From positions 96,243 through 160,242 of the forward strand of contig JBDRYB010000002.1 in the NCBI GenBank assembly GCA_039803205.1: 64,000 nucleotides of DNA, read 5' to 3'. Below are positions 27,227 to 36,887 of this stretch, one piece after another; position 1 is the stretch's first letter; the number at the start of each line of letters is the position of its first letter. The translations under genes and the position numbers were made by a program. Below the pieces are notes generated by a model, which had not been told where the DNA came from, made no database searches, and worked only from the letters and a program-made list of their open reading frames with translations. Source of the stretch: a candidate division WOR-3 bacterium (GTDB lineage Bacteria; Hydrothermota; Hydrothermia; JBDRYB01).

Positions 27227-28756
27227 CTACCTCACTGCTATTCTTCCTGACTGCTTCCCAGCCCGCCAGAAGTAAACACCCTGGTCAAGCTCTATCCTGT
27301 TGTCGCCCTTCTGAAGCATGCCAGAATACGCTAACCTGCCGTCAGCCAGGTATATCTTTATGCTCGTGGGTTCGGGGGAGAGGAATGATGCTCCGCCTTG
27401 GCAGGGTCTGGCTATGATCCTGGCGTTGGATCCGGAGTGGTGTTCATCCTCGCTTTCATAGAGGGGGTCGCATATGGGCCTAACTGAGATGCCCGGATCC
27501 ACGCGTTCGTAGCTCAGATCGGTCTTCGTGTATGACCAGTCTGACAGCGAAGCGACAGCGTATGTTGATAAAGACGGGGAGCTCGCCGGAGGATTGCAAG
27601 TAGCAACACAGGCTCCGGGGAATGTCCCGTCGCTCCTCAGGATGAGCAAGGCGAAATCCCAGTTCCCGACGCCGTAACTCATGGTCATCCCCGCTATCGC
27701 GAATCGCCCATCCGGCTTCTCAATAATGCATGTCGGGATCTCGTAGTTGCCGCCCCCAAAGGTCCTCGCCCATTCCAGGTCCCCGTTAGAGGCAAACTTC
27801 ATGATGAGGAAATCGTAGGAACCGGCCCCAAAAGAGCTGCTGAAAGCGGGCAATATAAATCCACCGTCCGATGTCCTCGTTATCTGAGGGCGGTAGAAAT
27901 AGTCCAAATTAGCGTCAGCGAAGGCCTTGGCCCAAAGCAGGGCACCGTCCGAGAGCCTTATTTTCAGAACTCCGCCGCCATATCCTCCCAGATATCCGTC
28001 AACAACGAGGTTCCCATCAGCAAGTTGGGCTACAGAATACCCGAAATCGTTCTGACCGGAGGTGCCATAGGTTTTAGCCCAAAGGGTGTTTCCAAACCCA
28101 TCAAGGCATATGACTAAGATGTCAAAGTCAGAGGAACCGCTTCTCACAGTGAACCCAGAGACAACTATTTTCCCATCAGATGTCTGAATAACCCCATAGG
28201 CGTGATCCTGGTTCACATCGGAGTATTTCTTTGCCCAGACCACATCCCCGTTTGGCGTCAGCTTCATGACGATGATATCCTGCTGGCCGCCGGGTATCGT
28301 ATGTCCAGCAATGGCGAGGCCTCCGTCAGATAGCATCACCATCGAGTGAGCGTAATCATAGTCGGGATAGGGAACCCCGTAGCTCTTTGTCCACAGGATT
28401 CCTCCGGATGAGTTCAGCTTCATGAGCACGATATCGTTGGAGATGTTGAAGTCGTCAAAGGCGTGGCCACCAACATAGTAGCTTCCGTCAGCGGCCTGAA
28501 CTATGGGCCAAGCGAACTCGTCGTATGTGCCGCCTGTTCGGTAATACTCATAGGCCCAACTGAGAGCGCCCGTTGAGTCCGTCTTTACGACCAGGAAACT
28601 CCCGTTTGAGTAGAATTCCCCCGAGTATCCGGCCATAGCGTAGCCCTGGTCCTGGGTCTGGATCACCGAGAAGCACTTGTTTGACCTATCCGTTCCGTAG
28701 GACTTCGCGAAGAACCCCTGCAGTTGAGAGATCAAAATACAAATTATACCAAACAT
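27227..28756 (-). CDS. Secreted beta-propeller protein (W-A-K-T-Y-G repeats) with T9SS-like C-terminal domain
   Basis: Repeats QT.DGG...G...D..V.K....G...WAK.YG; C-terminal IY.ADGRL...GVYFW.AG...R. Confidence 0.8.
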   Translation of the reverse strand: MFGIICILISQLQGFFAKSYGTDRSNKCFSVIQTQDQGYAMAGYSGEFYSNGSFLVVKTDSTGALSWAYEYYRTGGTYDEFAWPIVQAADGSYYVGGHAFDDFNISNDIVLMKLNSSGGILWTKSYGVPYPDYDYAHSMVMLSDGGLAIAGHTIPGGQQDIIVMKLTPNGDVVWAKKYSDVNQDHAYGVIQTSDGKIVVSGFTVRSGSSDFDILVICLDGFGNTLWAKTYGTSGQNDFGYSVAQLADGNLVVDGYLGGYGGGVLKIRLSDGALLWAKAFADANLDYFYRPQITRTSDGGFILPAFSSSFGAGSYDFLIMKFASNGDLEWARTFGGGNYEIPTCIIEKPDGRFAIAGMTMSYGVGNWDFALLILRSDGTFPGACVATCNPPASSPSLSTYAVASLSDWSYTKTDLSYERVDPGISVRPICDPLYESEDEHHSGSNARIIARPCQGGASFLSPEPTSIKIYLADGRLAYSGMLQKGDNRIELDQGVYFWRAGKQSGRIAVR

Positions 28757-28820
28757 GCTAAAGCCTCCTTTGCACGCGATTTATATATTATAAAACAATC
28801 TGACACGGATCTGACACAGA

Positions 28821-30236
28821 TCAGGGCCTCTCATAGAGAAGTAGTCTCACGCCGGGGAGATCCCAATCCCCTGAGAGACGGTAACCCATCTCAAGCCTCC
28901 TCATTAGGGGCTGAGGAGAAACCTCCCACTCCCTGGATAACATGAGCCATATCCTATTCCCGGACAAGGTGATCGTATCCTGATCTGTGCTTCGGTCTAT
29001 TCCCACAAAGCTCTCGGTATAATAATAAAGCAGGGCCTGACCGACATTGCCGCTCGCCACGAAAAGAGGTTCATCGGCCTTGCGGTTTGCTCTCAGAAGG
29101 GCCGCGGCTGAGCGGACATCTTCCTTGTAATACCTCCTATTAAAGAAGAAATTGAGATCCGAGACGCACATGAGGCCAAGCATTAGGGCCGTTGAGATCC
29201 AAGACAAGGCCCTTGTTTTGAAGCTCATGGCCAGCCATAACCACACGAAGAGGAGAAACACCCCTGACCAAGCCGTGTATCTTGGGTGGTGGGTTATGTT
29301 GAGGCCAGGCAAGAGGCTGAGAGCCAGAAGGAGAACTGGCGGCAACAGCGCGCATGTAAGCATAAAGACGAAACCCTTATTACGGATAAGCGATCCGATC
29401 TTCAATACGGGCAAGAGCGCGGCCGTGCCGCCGGCCGCAAGCCAGGGCCACTCCCTTATTATGGCCCAAATGCCTTCAATCCGTATTTCCCTTACCGATG
29501 GACCGAGGCTGAACCCGAAGAAATAGGGAAACCAACCGTAGACAAAGCTCATCATCTCGCCGAGAGGGGTCTTCTTTATTGAGACAGGCGGAGGAGGGTT
29601 GCCGAAGGCGTAGATAGCCCATGGCAAAAAGGTAAGCGAGGCTATGATGGTTGAGACCAAAAGCCCCATGATAACTGGCCTCTCGCGCCTGAAGGCCAGG
29701 ACATAGGCCCAAAGCCCCACCGTGAAAAAAGCCACTACATACTGGGACCAGAGGCCAAGCCCCAAGAAAGCCCCGCACGCCAACCACCACGCCTTACCCC
29801 TTTCAAACCTGAGAAAGGCAATTGACGCCAGGAGACAGAACAGCACAACCAGGGTGTATGACCTCGCTTCCTGGGAGTAAAAGAAGAGCCAGGGGCTCGC
29901 TGAGGTAAAGAGCGCGACCAAAGCCCTTTGCATCCTCGGGAAACCCAGCTCTTTCGCCAGGAAATAGCTTGCAAGGACCGATAGCGCGCCAGCCACAGCC
30001 GCCGGGAGCCTGAGAAATGCCTCAGAATCCCTTATGTTCAGGCAGATATTGGCAAATAGGTAATAGAGGGGGGGTATCGTCGTCTCAAGGATCCTTATTT
30101 TGAACCAAGGGCCTTCGGAGCAGAAGTAGCTCATCGCCTCATCCATCCAGATGGACATCCTGGAAAGCCCGGCAAAGCGCGATAGAGCAAGGATCGCTGA
30201 GATAGCCATTATCGCTAACTCGGCCCACTTGCTCAT
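28821..30236 (-). CDS. GT-C glycosyltransferase (family 39/PMT-like)
   Basis: SIWMDEA, PPLYY, LRLP, YSQEARSY, multiple TM segments. Confidence 0.88.
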   Translation of the reverse strand: MSKWAELAIMAISAILALSRFAGLSRMSIWMDEAMSYFCSEGPWFKIRILETTIPPLYYLFANICLNIRDSEAFLRLPAAVAGALSVLASYFLAKELGFPRMQRALVALFTSASPWLFFYSQEARSYTLVVLFCLLASIAFLRFERGKAWWLACGAFLGLGLWSQYVVAFFTVGLWAYVLAFRRERPVIMGLLVSTIIASLTFLPWAIYAFGNPPPPVSIKKTPLGEMMSFVYGWFPYFFGFSLGPSVREIRIEGIWAIIREWPWLAAGGTAALLPVLKIGSLIRNKGFVFMLTCALLPPVLLLALSLLPGLNITHHPRYTAWSGVFLLFVWLWLAMSFKTRALSWISTALMLGLMCVSDLNFFFNRRYYKEDVRSAAALLRANRKADEPLFVASGNVGQALLYYYTESFVGIDRSTDQDTITLSGNRIWLMLSREWEVSPQPLMRRLEMGYRLSGDWDLPGVRLLLYERP

Positions 30237-30312
30237 CTTGGCCTTAAGGATAAAACAAGGCCTCCAACCAAGGCAACCCTTGCGCTCAGTTGGTTGAATT
30301 ATAATCTAGCGC

Positions 30313-30443
30313 ATGGATATTGTTCTACTACCTGACCCCGAGACCGCGTTCATCAGACCGCTTCTCAGACATAAGGCAGGAGATAGCGGATGTCCTCATT
30401 GCATCAGGGATTAATGTTAAATACCACCACCACGAGGTAGCGC
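30313..30443 (+). pseudogene. glnA: Glutamine synthetase remnant (two fused segments)
   Basis: One frame gives MDIVLLPDPETAFI; another gives DRFSDIRQEIADVLIASGINVKYHHHEVA. Both are GS-I motifs normally far apart. Confidence 0.75.
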
Positions 30444-30588
30444 CGTGCTCGCTTTCAATGCCCGGGGGCGGAATCGTTCCTGACTCGCCTCGCGTGAATT
30501 GGCTCGGCGAGCAGCTAAAGGTGGACGCTCGTGGAACACGAACGATCCGAGGTATCGTGCTCGCTTTCAATGCCCGGGGGCGGAATCG
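30444..30588. repeat. 33-bp perfect direct repeat overlapping the tRNA-Phe 3' end
   Basis: CGTGCTCGCTTTCAATGCCCGGGGGCGGAATCG at 30444-30476 and 30556-30588. Confidence 0.95.
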
Positions 30589-30643
30589 AACCACCGACAC
30601 GGGGATTTTCAGTCCCCTGCTCTACCAACTGAGCTACCCGGGC
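30571..30643 (-). tRNA. tRNA-Phe (GAA), CCA not encoded
   Basis: Reverse complement GCCCGGGTAGCTCAGTTGGTAGAGCAGGGGACTGAAAATCCCCGTGTCGGTGGTTCGATTCCGCCCCCGGGCA forms a full cloverleaf. Confidence 0.97.
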
Positions 30644-30712
30644 AGGCCTCAAATTATAATTTCACTGCCCGGCCGGTTGCAACAGGGGCTCTATGAGGTT
30701 TAAAATTTCAGC

Positions 30713-32353
30713 GTGATCCTGGTTTTCTTTCTCTTGGTTTATCCATTCCAGGATACCATTGACTTCTCCCGGAGCTGGGCAAAAAGGGTTTTGGGCGATG
30801 AGGGTTTCAGCTCCGGCTATGCCCTGGCGGCTGGGGATGTTGATCGGGACGGCTACCAGGACCTGGTGGTCGGGTGTCCTGGCGCGAGCAAGATCTACAT
30901 CATATATGGCCCTCTTGGGGATACGACCGATCTCCTTTGGCCCTCCGGAAGGAGAACCGTTATAAGGGGAAGGGATTCGGTTGGGACATCCGCGGCAATA
31001 GCCGATTTCAACCAGGACGGTTACACTGACCTTGCTTTTTCCGACCTTGATGGCAACGGGACCCTTTACATAGCCCTTGGCCCTATATCTGACAGCCTTG
31101 ATCTCTGGGGAAACCTATGGGCTCAGAGGATAGTCTACTGCCCAGGCCTCTATTACCACTGCATGCTCGGTAGCTCCTTTGCTGTTGGCGACTTCAACGG
31201 CGATGGCTATCCTGACCTTGCCGCTGGCGCACCAGGGGCAACATTTTACTGGAGGGAGAAAGCAGGCATAGTCTACATAATAATGGGGCGCGAGCGCTTC
31301 AACTCCGTTGAATACCTGGACGGATGGCACAGTGTGAAGACGATTCAGGGCGCTCTCAGCTATGACCAGATAGGTAGTTCCCTTGCCGCGGCTGATTTCA
31401 ACGGGGATGGCATGGATGACCTCGCTATAGGCGCTATTGGGCTCAGCTATCGTCAGGGCGCTGGGGGCTTTTACATCCTTTACGGCCAGGCTACCATTCC
31501 GGATGTGATTGACATGCTTTACACGGATGAGGTGCGTTTGGCCCTGGTGTTCGGCGAGAGGGAATACGGTTCTCTGGGAAATTCCCTTTCTGCAGGGGAT
31601 TTCAACGGGGATGGGCTTTTGGATCTCGCTGTTGGGGCTTGCGCATTTGGGGAACCAGAGGTGAACGCGGGGAGGGCATACATCTTGTATTTCCCCTTGG
31701 AGAGTGAAACCCTGGACATGGCAATGGCCACGAGGATAACGAGGATCATCGGCAGTCAGGCAAACGCTCTTTTGGCCTGGAGGCTTTCGGCTGGGTTCGT
31801 CAACCACGATGACCGCTCTGATCTTCTGGTCTCAGCGCCAACATACGATATCATGGGTCGCGCGGACGCTGGCCAGGCTTATCTGGTTCTTTCGCCTTTT
31901 CCTGAGACAGTTAGGGTTGATGAAGATGAGCCCGGAGTTTACCACTTTTTCGGGGCTGAACCGAGGGACGAGCTGGGCCGAGGCCTTCTTCTCTGGGACA
32001 TGAACCAGGATGGCGAGGATGATGTGGTAATTGGCGCGCCCTTTTCGGAGCCCTTTGGGGGTAGGGAAAAAGGGGGCGTAGCCTATGTTGTTGAGGATTC
32101 TGTTGATACAACGGAAAATGTGGCCTGGAACGAGAACCCCGGAGGCTTTCCAGGGGTTATCGCTCGCGCTGGGCTGGGCGCCGCGATATTCCTTTCTCCT
32201 GGCGATATTCCCCTGAGGATCTACTCGGCTGATGGGAGGCTGGCCTGCTCGGCTGAGCTCTTTAGGGGTGAGAACAGGATAAAGCTTAAAACCGGGGTCT
32301 ATGTCTGGCTCGCTGGGCCTCACAAAGGGAAACTGGTGATACGGGGGAAATGA
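30713..32353 (+). CDS. FG-GAP (integrin-alpha-like) repeat protein with T9SS-like C-terminal domain
   Basis: Repeated G.S.A.GDFNGDG..DLA.GAP; C-terminal IYSADGRL...GVYVW.AG. Confidence 0.85.
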   Translation: MILVFFLLVYPFQDTIDFSRSWAKRVLGDEGFSSGYALAAGDVDRDGYQDLVVGCPGASKIYIIYGPLGDTTDLLWPSGRRTVIRGRDSVGTSAAIADFNQDGYTDLAFSDLDGNGTLYIALGPISDSLDLWGNLWAQRIVYCPGLYYHCMLGSSFAVGDFNGDGYPDLAAGAPGATFYWREKAGIVYIIMGRERFNSVEYLDGWHSVKTIQGALSYDQIGSSLAAADFNGDGMDDLAIGAIGLSYRQGAGGFYILYGQATIPDVIDMLYTDEVRLALVFGEREYGSLGNSLSAGDFNGDGLLDLAVGACAFGEPEVNAGRAYILYFPLESETLDMAMATRITRIIGSQANALLAWRLSAGFVNHDDRSDLLVSAPTYDIMGRADAGQAYLVLSPFPETVRVDEDEPGVYHFFGAEPRDELGRGLLLWDMNQDGEDDVVIGAPFSEPFGGREKGGVAYVVEDSVDTTENVAWNENPGGFPGVIARAGLGAAIFLSPGDIPLRIYSADGRLACSAELFRGENRIKLKTGVYVWLAGPHKGKLVIRGK

Positions 32354-32377
32354 CACGAGCCCTGAGAGTAATTTTTC

Positions 32378-33622
32378 ATGCTTAAGTGGTGCCTTGGGCT
32401 TTTCGCGCTCAGTGCGGGCGTGAGGCTCGCTTATGTCTTGGTTGTTCCCCAACAGGAATCGCTTCTTTTGGATCAGGCCGCTTACGATGCATTAGCCGCC
32501 CGGATCCTTCAGGGCAAGCCCTATGTCCTCGTGCCCGGTTCCGGCTACGCCAATCCAATTGCTCCTCCTTTTTTCACGGACACGAGTTCCCCTTCAGCGG
32601 TCTATCCTCCCGGATATCCCCTGTTTCTAGCCGGAATCTACAAGGCCTTTGGTCAAAGGTATCTCCCCGTGAGGTTGATACAGGCTATACTCTGGGGCCT
32701 TTGCGCTCTAACCCTCTTTCTAATCGGAGAAACAATCGGCCTGAGAAGGGTCTGCTCCGGCTTGGGGGCTGGTCTCCTTGCACTCTCGCCGCCGCATGTT
32801 GAGCTTGCTGGTCTTCTGCTCTCTGAGAACCTCTTTGCACCCCTTCTCTTGCTGGCGGTCCTGTTTACGGTCCTCGCGGTGAAAAAGGGCCCCTGGTGGG
32901 CTATCTTGGCAGGGGTATGCTCCGGCCTCTCCGGCCTCACCAGGCCGACTGGGGCCGGTCTGATAATAGCTCTTGGCATTATACTCCTTGTCTTCATGAG
33001 GAAGCATGCTATATGGCCCTTTTTCGCCTTGATTCTCTTTGGATTCCTGATCCTCTCCCCCTGGGCCATAAGGAACCAGAACGCTCTTGGTTGGCCAGTA
33101 ATATCAAGCACGGCAGGTGGAAGGGCGCTCTATTTGACAGCCACCGGCGTTCCAGAGGGCCAGGAGTGGGACTCAATCCCTGGCTTCCTTGCCAGAAAGG
33201 GAATAGAACCTACCACCCTCCATCAATCCTTGAACGAGGCCCAGCTGGATAGGCTCTACGCGGAGATGGCTAGAGAGGCCTTTCTCAGAGACCCAATAAG
33301 GGCCCTCTCGGTCATGAGCCTGAACCCTCTCAGATTCGCTTTCAACATGCCCTATCCTGGGACAAGACCATCGGGAAAAACCGTAGCGTATGCTGTATTC
33401 ACCGGCATTGTTATAGCGCTCTCGTTCTGGGGTCTCATCAAGAACAGAGAGCCCTCTCTCTGGGCGATAGCCCTGGTTTTCATCTATTTCGCCCTGGCGC
33501 ACACCGTAATGTCCCCAGCCCTGGTGAGGTATTCCCTACCGGTTATTCCCCTTCTTTACCCTATAGCCCTATCAGGCCTTATTCCGAAGCCCAAGATCAC
33601 TCCTCACCAAGCGCGCCCCTGA
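32378..33622 (+). CDS. GT-C glycosyltransferase (ArnT/family 39-like)
   Basis: D...YD..A, PPGYPLFLA, LLSENLF, LTRP, PW..RN, RY..P. Confidence 0.85.
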   Translation: MLKWCLGLFALSAGVRLAYVLVVPQQESLLLDQAAYDALAARILQGKPYVLVPGSGYANPIAPPFFTDTSSPSAVYPPGYPLFLAGIYKAFGQRYLPVRLIQAILWGLCALTLFLIGETIGLRRVCSGLGAGLLALSPPHVELAGLLLSENLFAPLLLLAVLFTVLAVKKGPWWAILAGVCSGLSGLTRPTGAGLIIALGIILLVFMRKHAIWPFFALILFGFLILSPWAIRNQNALGWPVISSTAGGRALYLTATGVPEGQEWDSIPGFLARKGIEPTTLHQSLNEAQLDRLYAEMAREAFLRDPIRALSVMSLNPLRFAFNMPYPGTRPSGKTVAYAVFTGIVIALSFWGLIKNREPSLWAIALVFIYFALAHTVMSPALVRYSLPVIPLLYPIALSGLIPKPKITPHQARP

Positions 33623-34568
33623 GGAACCCGTTGTTCTCGGCCAGAATGCGCCTGGCCTCAAGCCTATCAACCCCTCTCTTGTGCATGACTATCGCGACCT
33701 TCGCGGAGCCGCCGGCTTCCATTAGGAGCTTTGTCGCGGCCTCATAATCCAGGCCTGTCATGAGCATTATTATCTTCTTCGCCCTCTGAACCAACTTCTC
33801 CGTTGCCGCACAGACATCCACCATGATGTTACCATAGGTCTTTCCGAGGCGGACCATGGCCGCGGTTGACATCATGTGGACGATCATGAGCTGAGCCTGC
33901 ATGCTCTTCATCCTGGTTGAACCAGCTATAACCTCTGGCCCGACATCAGCTACTATGACCGTATCAATGAAGGATTCGTCAAAGTTCCTCTCAGGATTGG
34001 TTGTAATCAGTGCTGTTCGGCATCCCCTGCTTTTGGCAAATTTCAGGGCCGTGCGCACATAGGGCGCTCTCCCTGAGGCGGAGAGACCTATGACCATGTC
34101 GTTGGGGGTGAGGTTCAAGGCCTTCATGTCCCATTCGGCCCACACCTCGTTGTCCTCAGCGCCAGGCGAGCTCCTGACCGCGGCTCCGGGCCCACCGGCT
34201 ATCACCCCTATGAAACGCCAGTATGGAACCGAGAAGGTTGGGGTCATCTCAGTTGAATCAGCAACCGCAACCATTCCAGACGCGCCAGCGCCAACATGGA
34301 CTATCCTGCCTCCTGCTCTCAGAGAGGTTATCATGTCCTCAGTGGCCTTCGTTATCTCAGGTAGCGCGGCCTTGACAGCAGGCGCGACCAGGTGATCCTC
34401 AGCGTTTATGAGCTCAAGAACCCCTTTAGTGGGGAGCTTGTCCAAGTCTTTTGTCCTCGGATTCTGCATCTCCGTCCGGAGGGTCTCTACTTCCTCAAAG
34501 ACCTCCTCTTCTTCCCTCTGCTTATACCTCAAGCAAACATAATCCTCAATACGCTCCTCGTGTTTCAT
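33597..34568 (-). CDS. murQ: N-acetylmuramic acid 6-phosphate etherase
   Basis: TE.QNPRT, GAG.SG, IAGG, GAED, SASG, GPEVIAGSTRMKS, GN.MVDV. Start uncertain. Confidence 0.88.
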   Translation of the reverse strand: MKHEERIEDYVCLRYKQREEEEVFEEVETLRTEMQNPRTKDLDKLPTKGVLELINAEDHLVAPAVKAALPEITKATEDMITSLRAGGRIVHVGAGASGMVAVADSTEMTPTFSVPYWRFIGVIAGGPGAAVRSSPGAEDNEVWAEWDMKALNLTPNDMVIGLSASGRAPYVRTALKFAKSRGCRTALITTNPERNFDESFIDTVIVADVGPEVIAGSTRMKSMQAQLMIVHMMSTAAMVRLGKTYGNIMVDVCAATEKLVQRAKKIIMLMTGLDYEAATKLLMEAGGSAKVAIVMHKRGVDRLEARRILAENNGFLRGALGEE

Positions 34569-34711
34569 GGCTAGAGTATAAATGGGATAAGGGTTATTAT
34601 TCAAATTTACCCCTTTGATTTACCGCAGGATAATATTCCCTAAAGGGAATATTGGGTGCCCATTGGAGTTCACGAGAAGCCACATGGACAAAAAAGCCCA
34701 TCCACAATGAG

Positions 34712-35452
34712 CTATGCAGATTTTTTAAATGCCCTCATGAAGGCCCTGTATCCGGCCCTCGCTATTTCTTCCCCTTTATGGAAGTCCAGAGAACGATAAG
34801 GAAGCCTTATCCTGATGTATGTATCCGAAACAGCCATGGCCGATTTCCTCGCCTTGTGGGTTCTGTATCCCCACAGGGCAAATATCCCTCGCCTGATAAG
34901 CCTTCCGGGTCTGGGAACCGAGGCTATTTCAACCGATAAAACCCTTTCTGCGCCGAGCTCTTTTGCGACCCATGCTGGTATGGGATCCAGTATCCCGCCG
35001 TCCACCAGGATCATCCCTTGATAACGAAGCTCCGGGAATATTATTGGGGTTCCGATTGAGGCCCTAATTGCTGGCCATAAAGCCCCCTGAGCGAAGACAA
35101 CCTCCCTCGCGAGCCAGGGCAAGAAAACCGCGCCACGCCTCGTTATATCAGCGGCCACACAAGCAAAACGCAGGTCCATATCCTCAATTTTTGTCTCCCG
35201 AAAGTATCCGCTCAGATAACCCTCAACCTCCGAGTGTTTCAGGGGATCAACCTTCTTCTCCATGTCCCTGAGAACGCGTTCGGCCTCCTGAAAAGAGCCC
35301 CTCAGAGCATAAAGCGCTCCTATCAGCGCCCCCATTGAACAACCGACAACGATGTCCGGTTTTAGACCCAATTCCTCAAGGGCATACAGAACACCCATGT
35401 GCGCAAAACCCCTTGCTCCTCCTGCTCCGAGGACAATCGCGCTTTTCGGCAT
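34712..35452 (-). CDS. Patatin-like phospholipase
   Basis: GAGGARG.AH.G, GCSMG, VDGG. Confidence 0.9.
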   Translation of the reverse strand: MPKSAIVLGAGGARGFAHMGVLYALEELGLKPDIVVGCSMGALIGALYALRGSFQEAERVLRDMEKKVDPLKHSEVEGYLSGYFRETKIEDMDLRFACVAADITRRGAVFLPWLAREVVFAQGALWPAIRASIGTPIIFPELRYQGMILVDGGILDPIPAWVAKELGAERVLSVEIASVPRPGRLIRRGIFALWGYRTHKARKSAMAVSDTYIRIRLPYRSLDFHKGEEIARAGYRAFMRAFKKSA

Positions 35453-35453
35453 A

Positions 35454-36482
35454 TCAGTAGTATGCCACAGAGCCGTCAGGGAGCCTTATCTTGACCGAAC
35501 GCATCCAGAGCTGAGGCCGCCACCACTGCTCGTTCTCCCTATACCACTGGACAGTCCGTAGAAGCCCATCCTCAAGCTCAACCTCGGGTTCCCATCCGAG
35601 GAGTTCCTTTGCTTTTGCTATCCCAGCGATGTGACGCTGGACATCCCCTGGTCTCTCCTGCATGTGGAGGAGGCATTCCTCTGATTTTCCCAGCAACCTG
35701 ATGATCGCCCTCGCCATCTCGAGAACGCTCGTTGCCCTTCCCGTTCCTAGGTTGATTACCTGACCAATCACGCGCTCGGGGGGCGCAAGGAGCGCGGCTT
35801 CAACGCCCCTCGTTGTATCCTCAACAAATAGCCAGTCCCGTGAAGCGTGGCCAGTGCCGAATACCGTTAAGGGTTCTCCCAGTAGCGCGCTCGTGATGAG
35901 CCTCGGGACGAGCTTCTCAAGGTGCTGATATGGCCCATAGTTGTTGAAAGGCCTGATTATCACTCCGGGGATCTTGTATGAAACGAGGTATGACCAAACT
36001 AGCCTGTCCGCTCCTGCCTTAGCGGCCGCGTAAGGGGTTGTGGGCATGAGGGGGTGGTCCTCGTTCATGGGTTCAGTTATTGCAGAACCGTATACCTCGG
36101 ATGTTGATATGTGAATGAACCTCTCTATCTTCTTTGCCCACCTGTAAACCGCTGAGACAACGGACTGCGTTCCGAGGACATCGGTCGTGAAGAAGACCCT
36201 ATCGTTATACAACGAGCGAGAGACATGCGTTTCCGCGGCATAGTGAACCACATAGTCGGATCGGGAGACCAGCTCATTAACGAGGTGCAGGTCATTCACA
36301 TCCCCATACCAGAACTCAAAACGGGGGCTTTCCTTTATCTCCTGAGGGATGTTTTCTGGATTACCAGCATATGTCAGAGCGTCAAGGACGATGATGTGCC
36401 AGTCCTCGTGCTTATCGTGCATCTTCCTGACGAAATCAGAGCCCATGAACCCGGCGCCGCCGGTGACCAGGAGAGTCTTCAT
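35454..36482 (-). CDS. rfbB: dTDP-glucose 4,6-dehydratase-like
   Basis: TGGAGFMGS, LTYAGN, AAETHV, STSEVYG, PYAAAK, NNYGP.Q..EK. Confidence 0.85.
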   Translation of the reverse strand: MKTLLVTGGAGFMGSDFVRKMHDKHEDWHIIVLDALTYAGNPENIPQEIKESPRFEFWYGDVNDLHLVNELVSRSDYVVHYAAETHVSRSLYNDRVFFTTDVLGTQSVVSAVYRWAKKIERFIHISTSEVYGSAITEPMNEDHPLMPTTPYAAAKAGADRLVWSYLVSYKIPGVIIRPFNNYGPYQHLEKLVPRLITSALLGEPLTVFGTGHASRDWLFVEDTTRGVEAALLAPPERVIGQVINLGTGRATSVLEMARAIIRLLGKSEECLLHMQERPGDVQRHIAGIAKAKELLGWEPEVELEDGLLRTVQWYRENEQWWRPQLWMRSVKIRLPDGSVAYY

Positions 36483-36584
36483 ACTGAAAGGATAAAGTGT
36501 GGACTCGGCCCGGAGCAATTTGCTCTGGAACTTATGTGAAATTGAAGAGCACACGAGGGAATGCCCTCGCGTGCGTTAACCTCT

Positions 36585-36822
36585 ACTCGTTCTTCTGGTT
36601 CATCAGATACTCAACTAGCTCATCCGGCTCCTCCCATCCTCCGTGAATGCCCAATACCTTCTCTGGGTCTTCTTGATCTTGAGCCTCTGGCGGTGGGGTC
36701 TGAGGAGCCTGTCTATCTGTGCTCTGGACATCCTGAGTAGCTTTTGCTCGGTCTCTGGTTCAAGAATCAACTCCCCCGGGCCGTATATCCCCCTCCTGCC
36801 TCCGCGGCCCGGTTTCCTCCGT
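36585..36822 (-). mobile_element. Transposase remnant (ISNCY/integrase-core type)
   Basis: Own translation: RRKPGRGGRRGIYGPGELILEPETEQKLLRMSRAQIDRLLRPHRQRL. A shifted frame gives VLGIHGGWEEPDELVEYL. Confidence 0.55.
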
Positions 36823-36887
36823 CAGCTTGACACACCACCTCCTCCGGGTAAATAATTGGCGATGACTGATAAGAGGAGGTTTGGATC

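Noticed and set aside
30444..30588. Mini CRISPR array
   Set aside because: Only two repeats, one overlapping a tRNA; 79-bp spacer; no cas genes in the window.
30320..30703. 127-aa ORF as a real gene
   Set aside because: A chimera of the glnA remnant and the antisense strand of tRNA-Phe.
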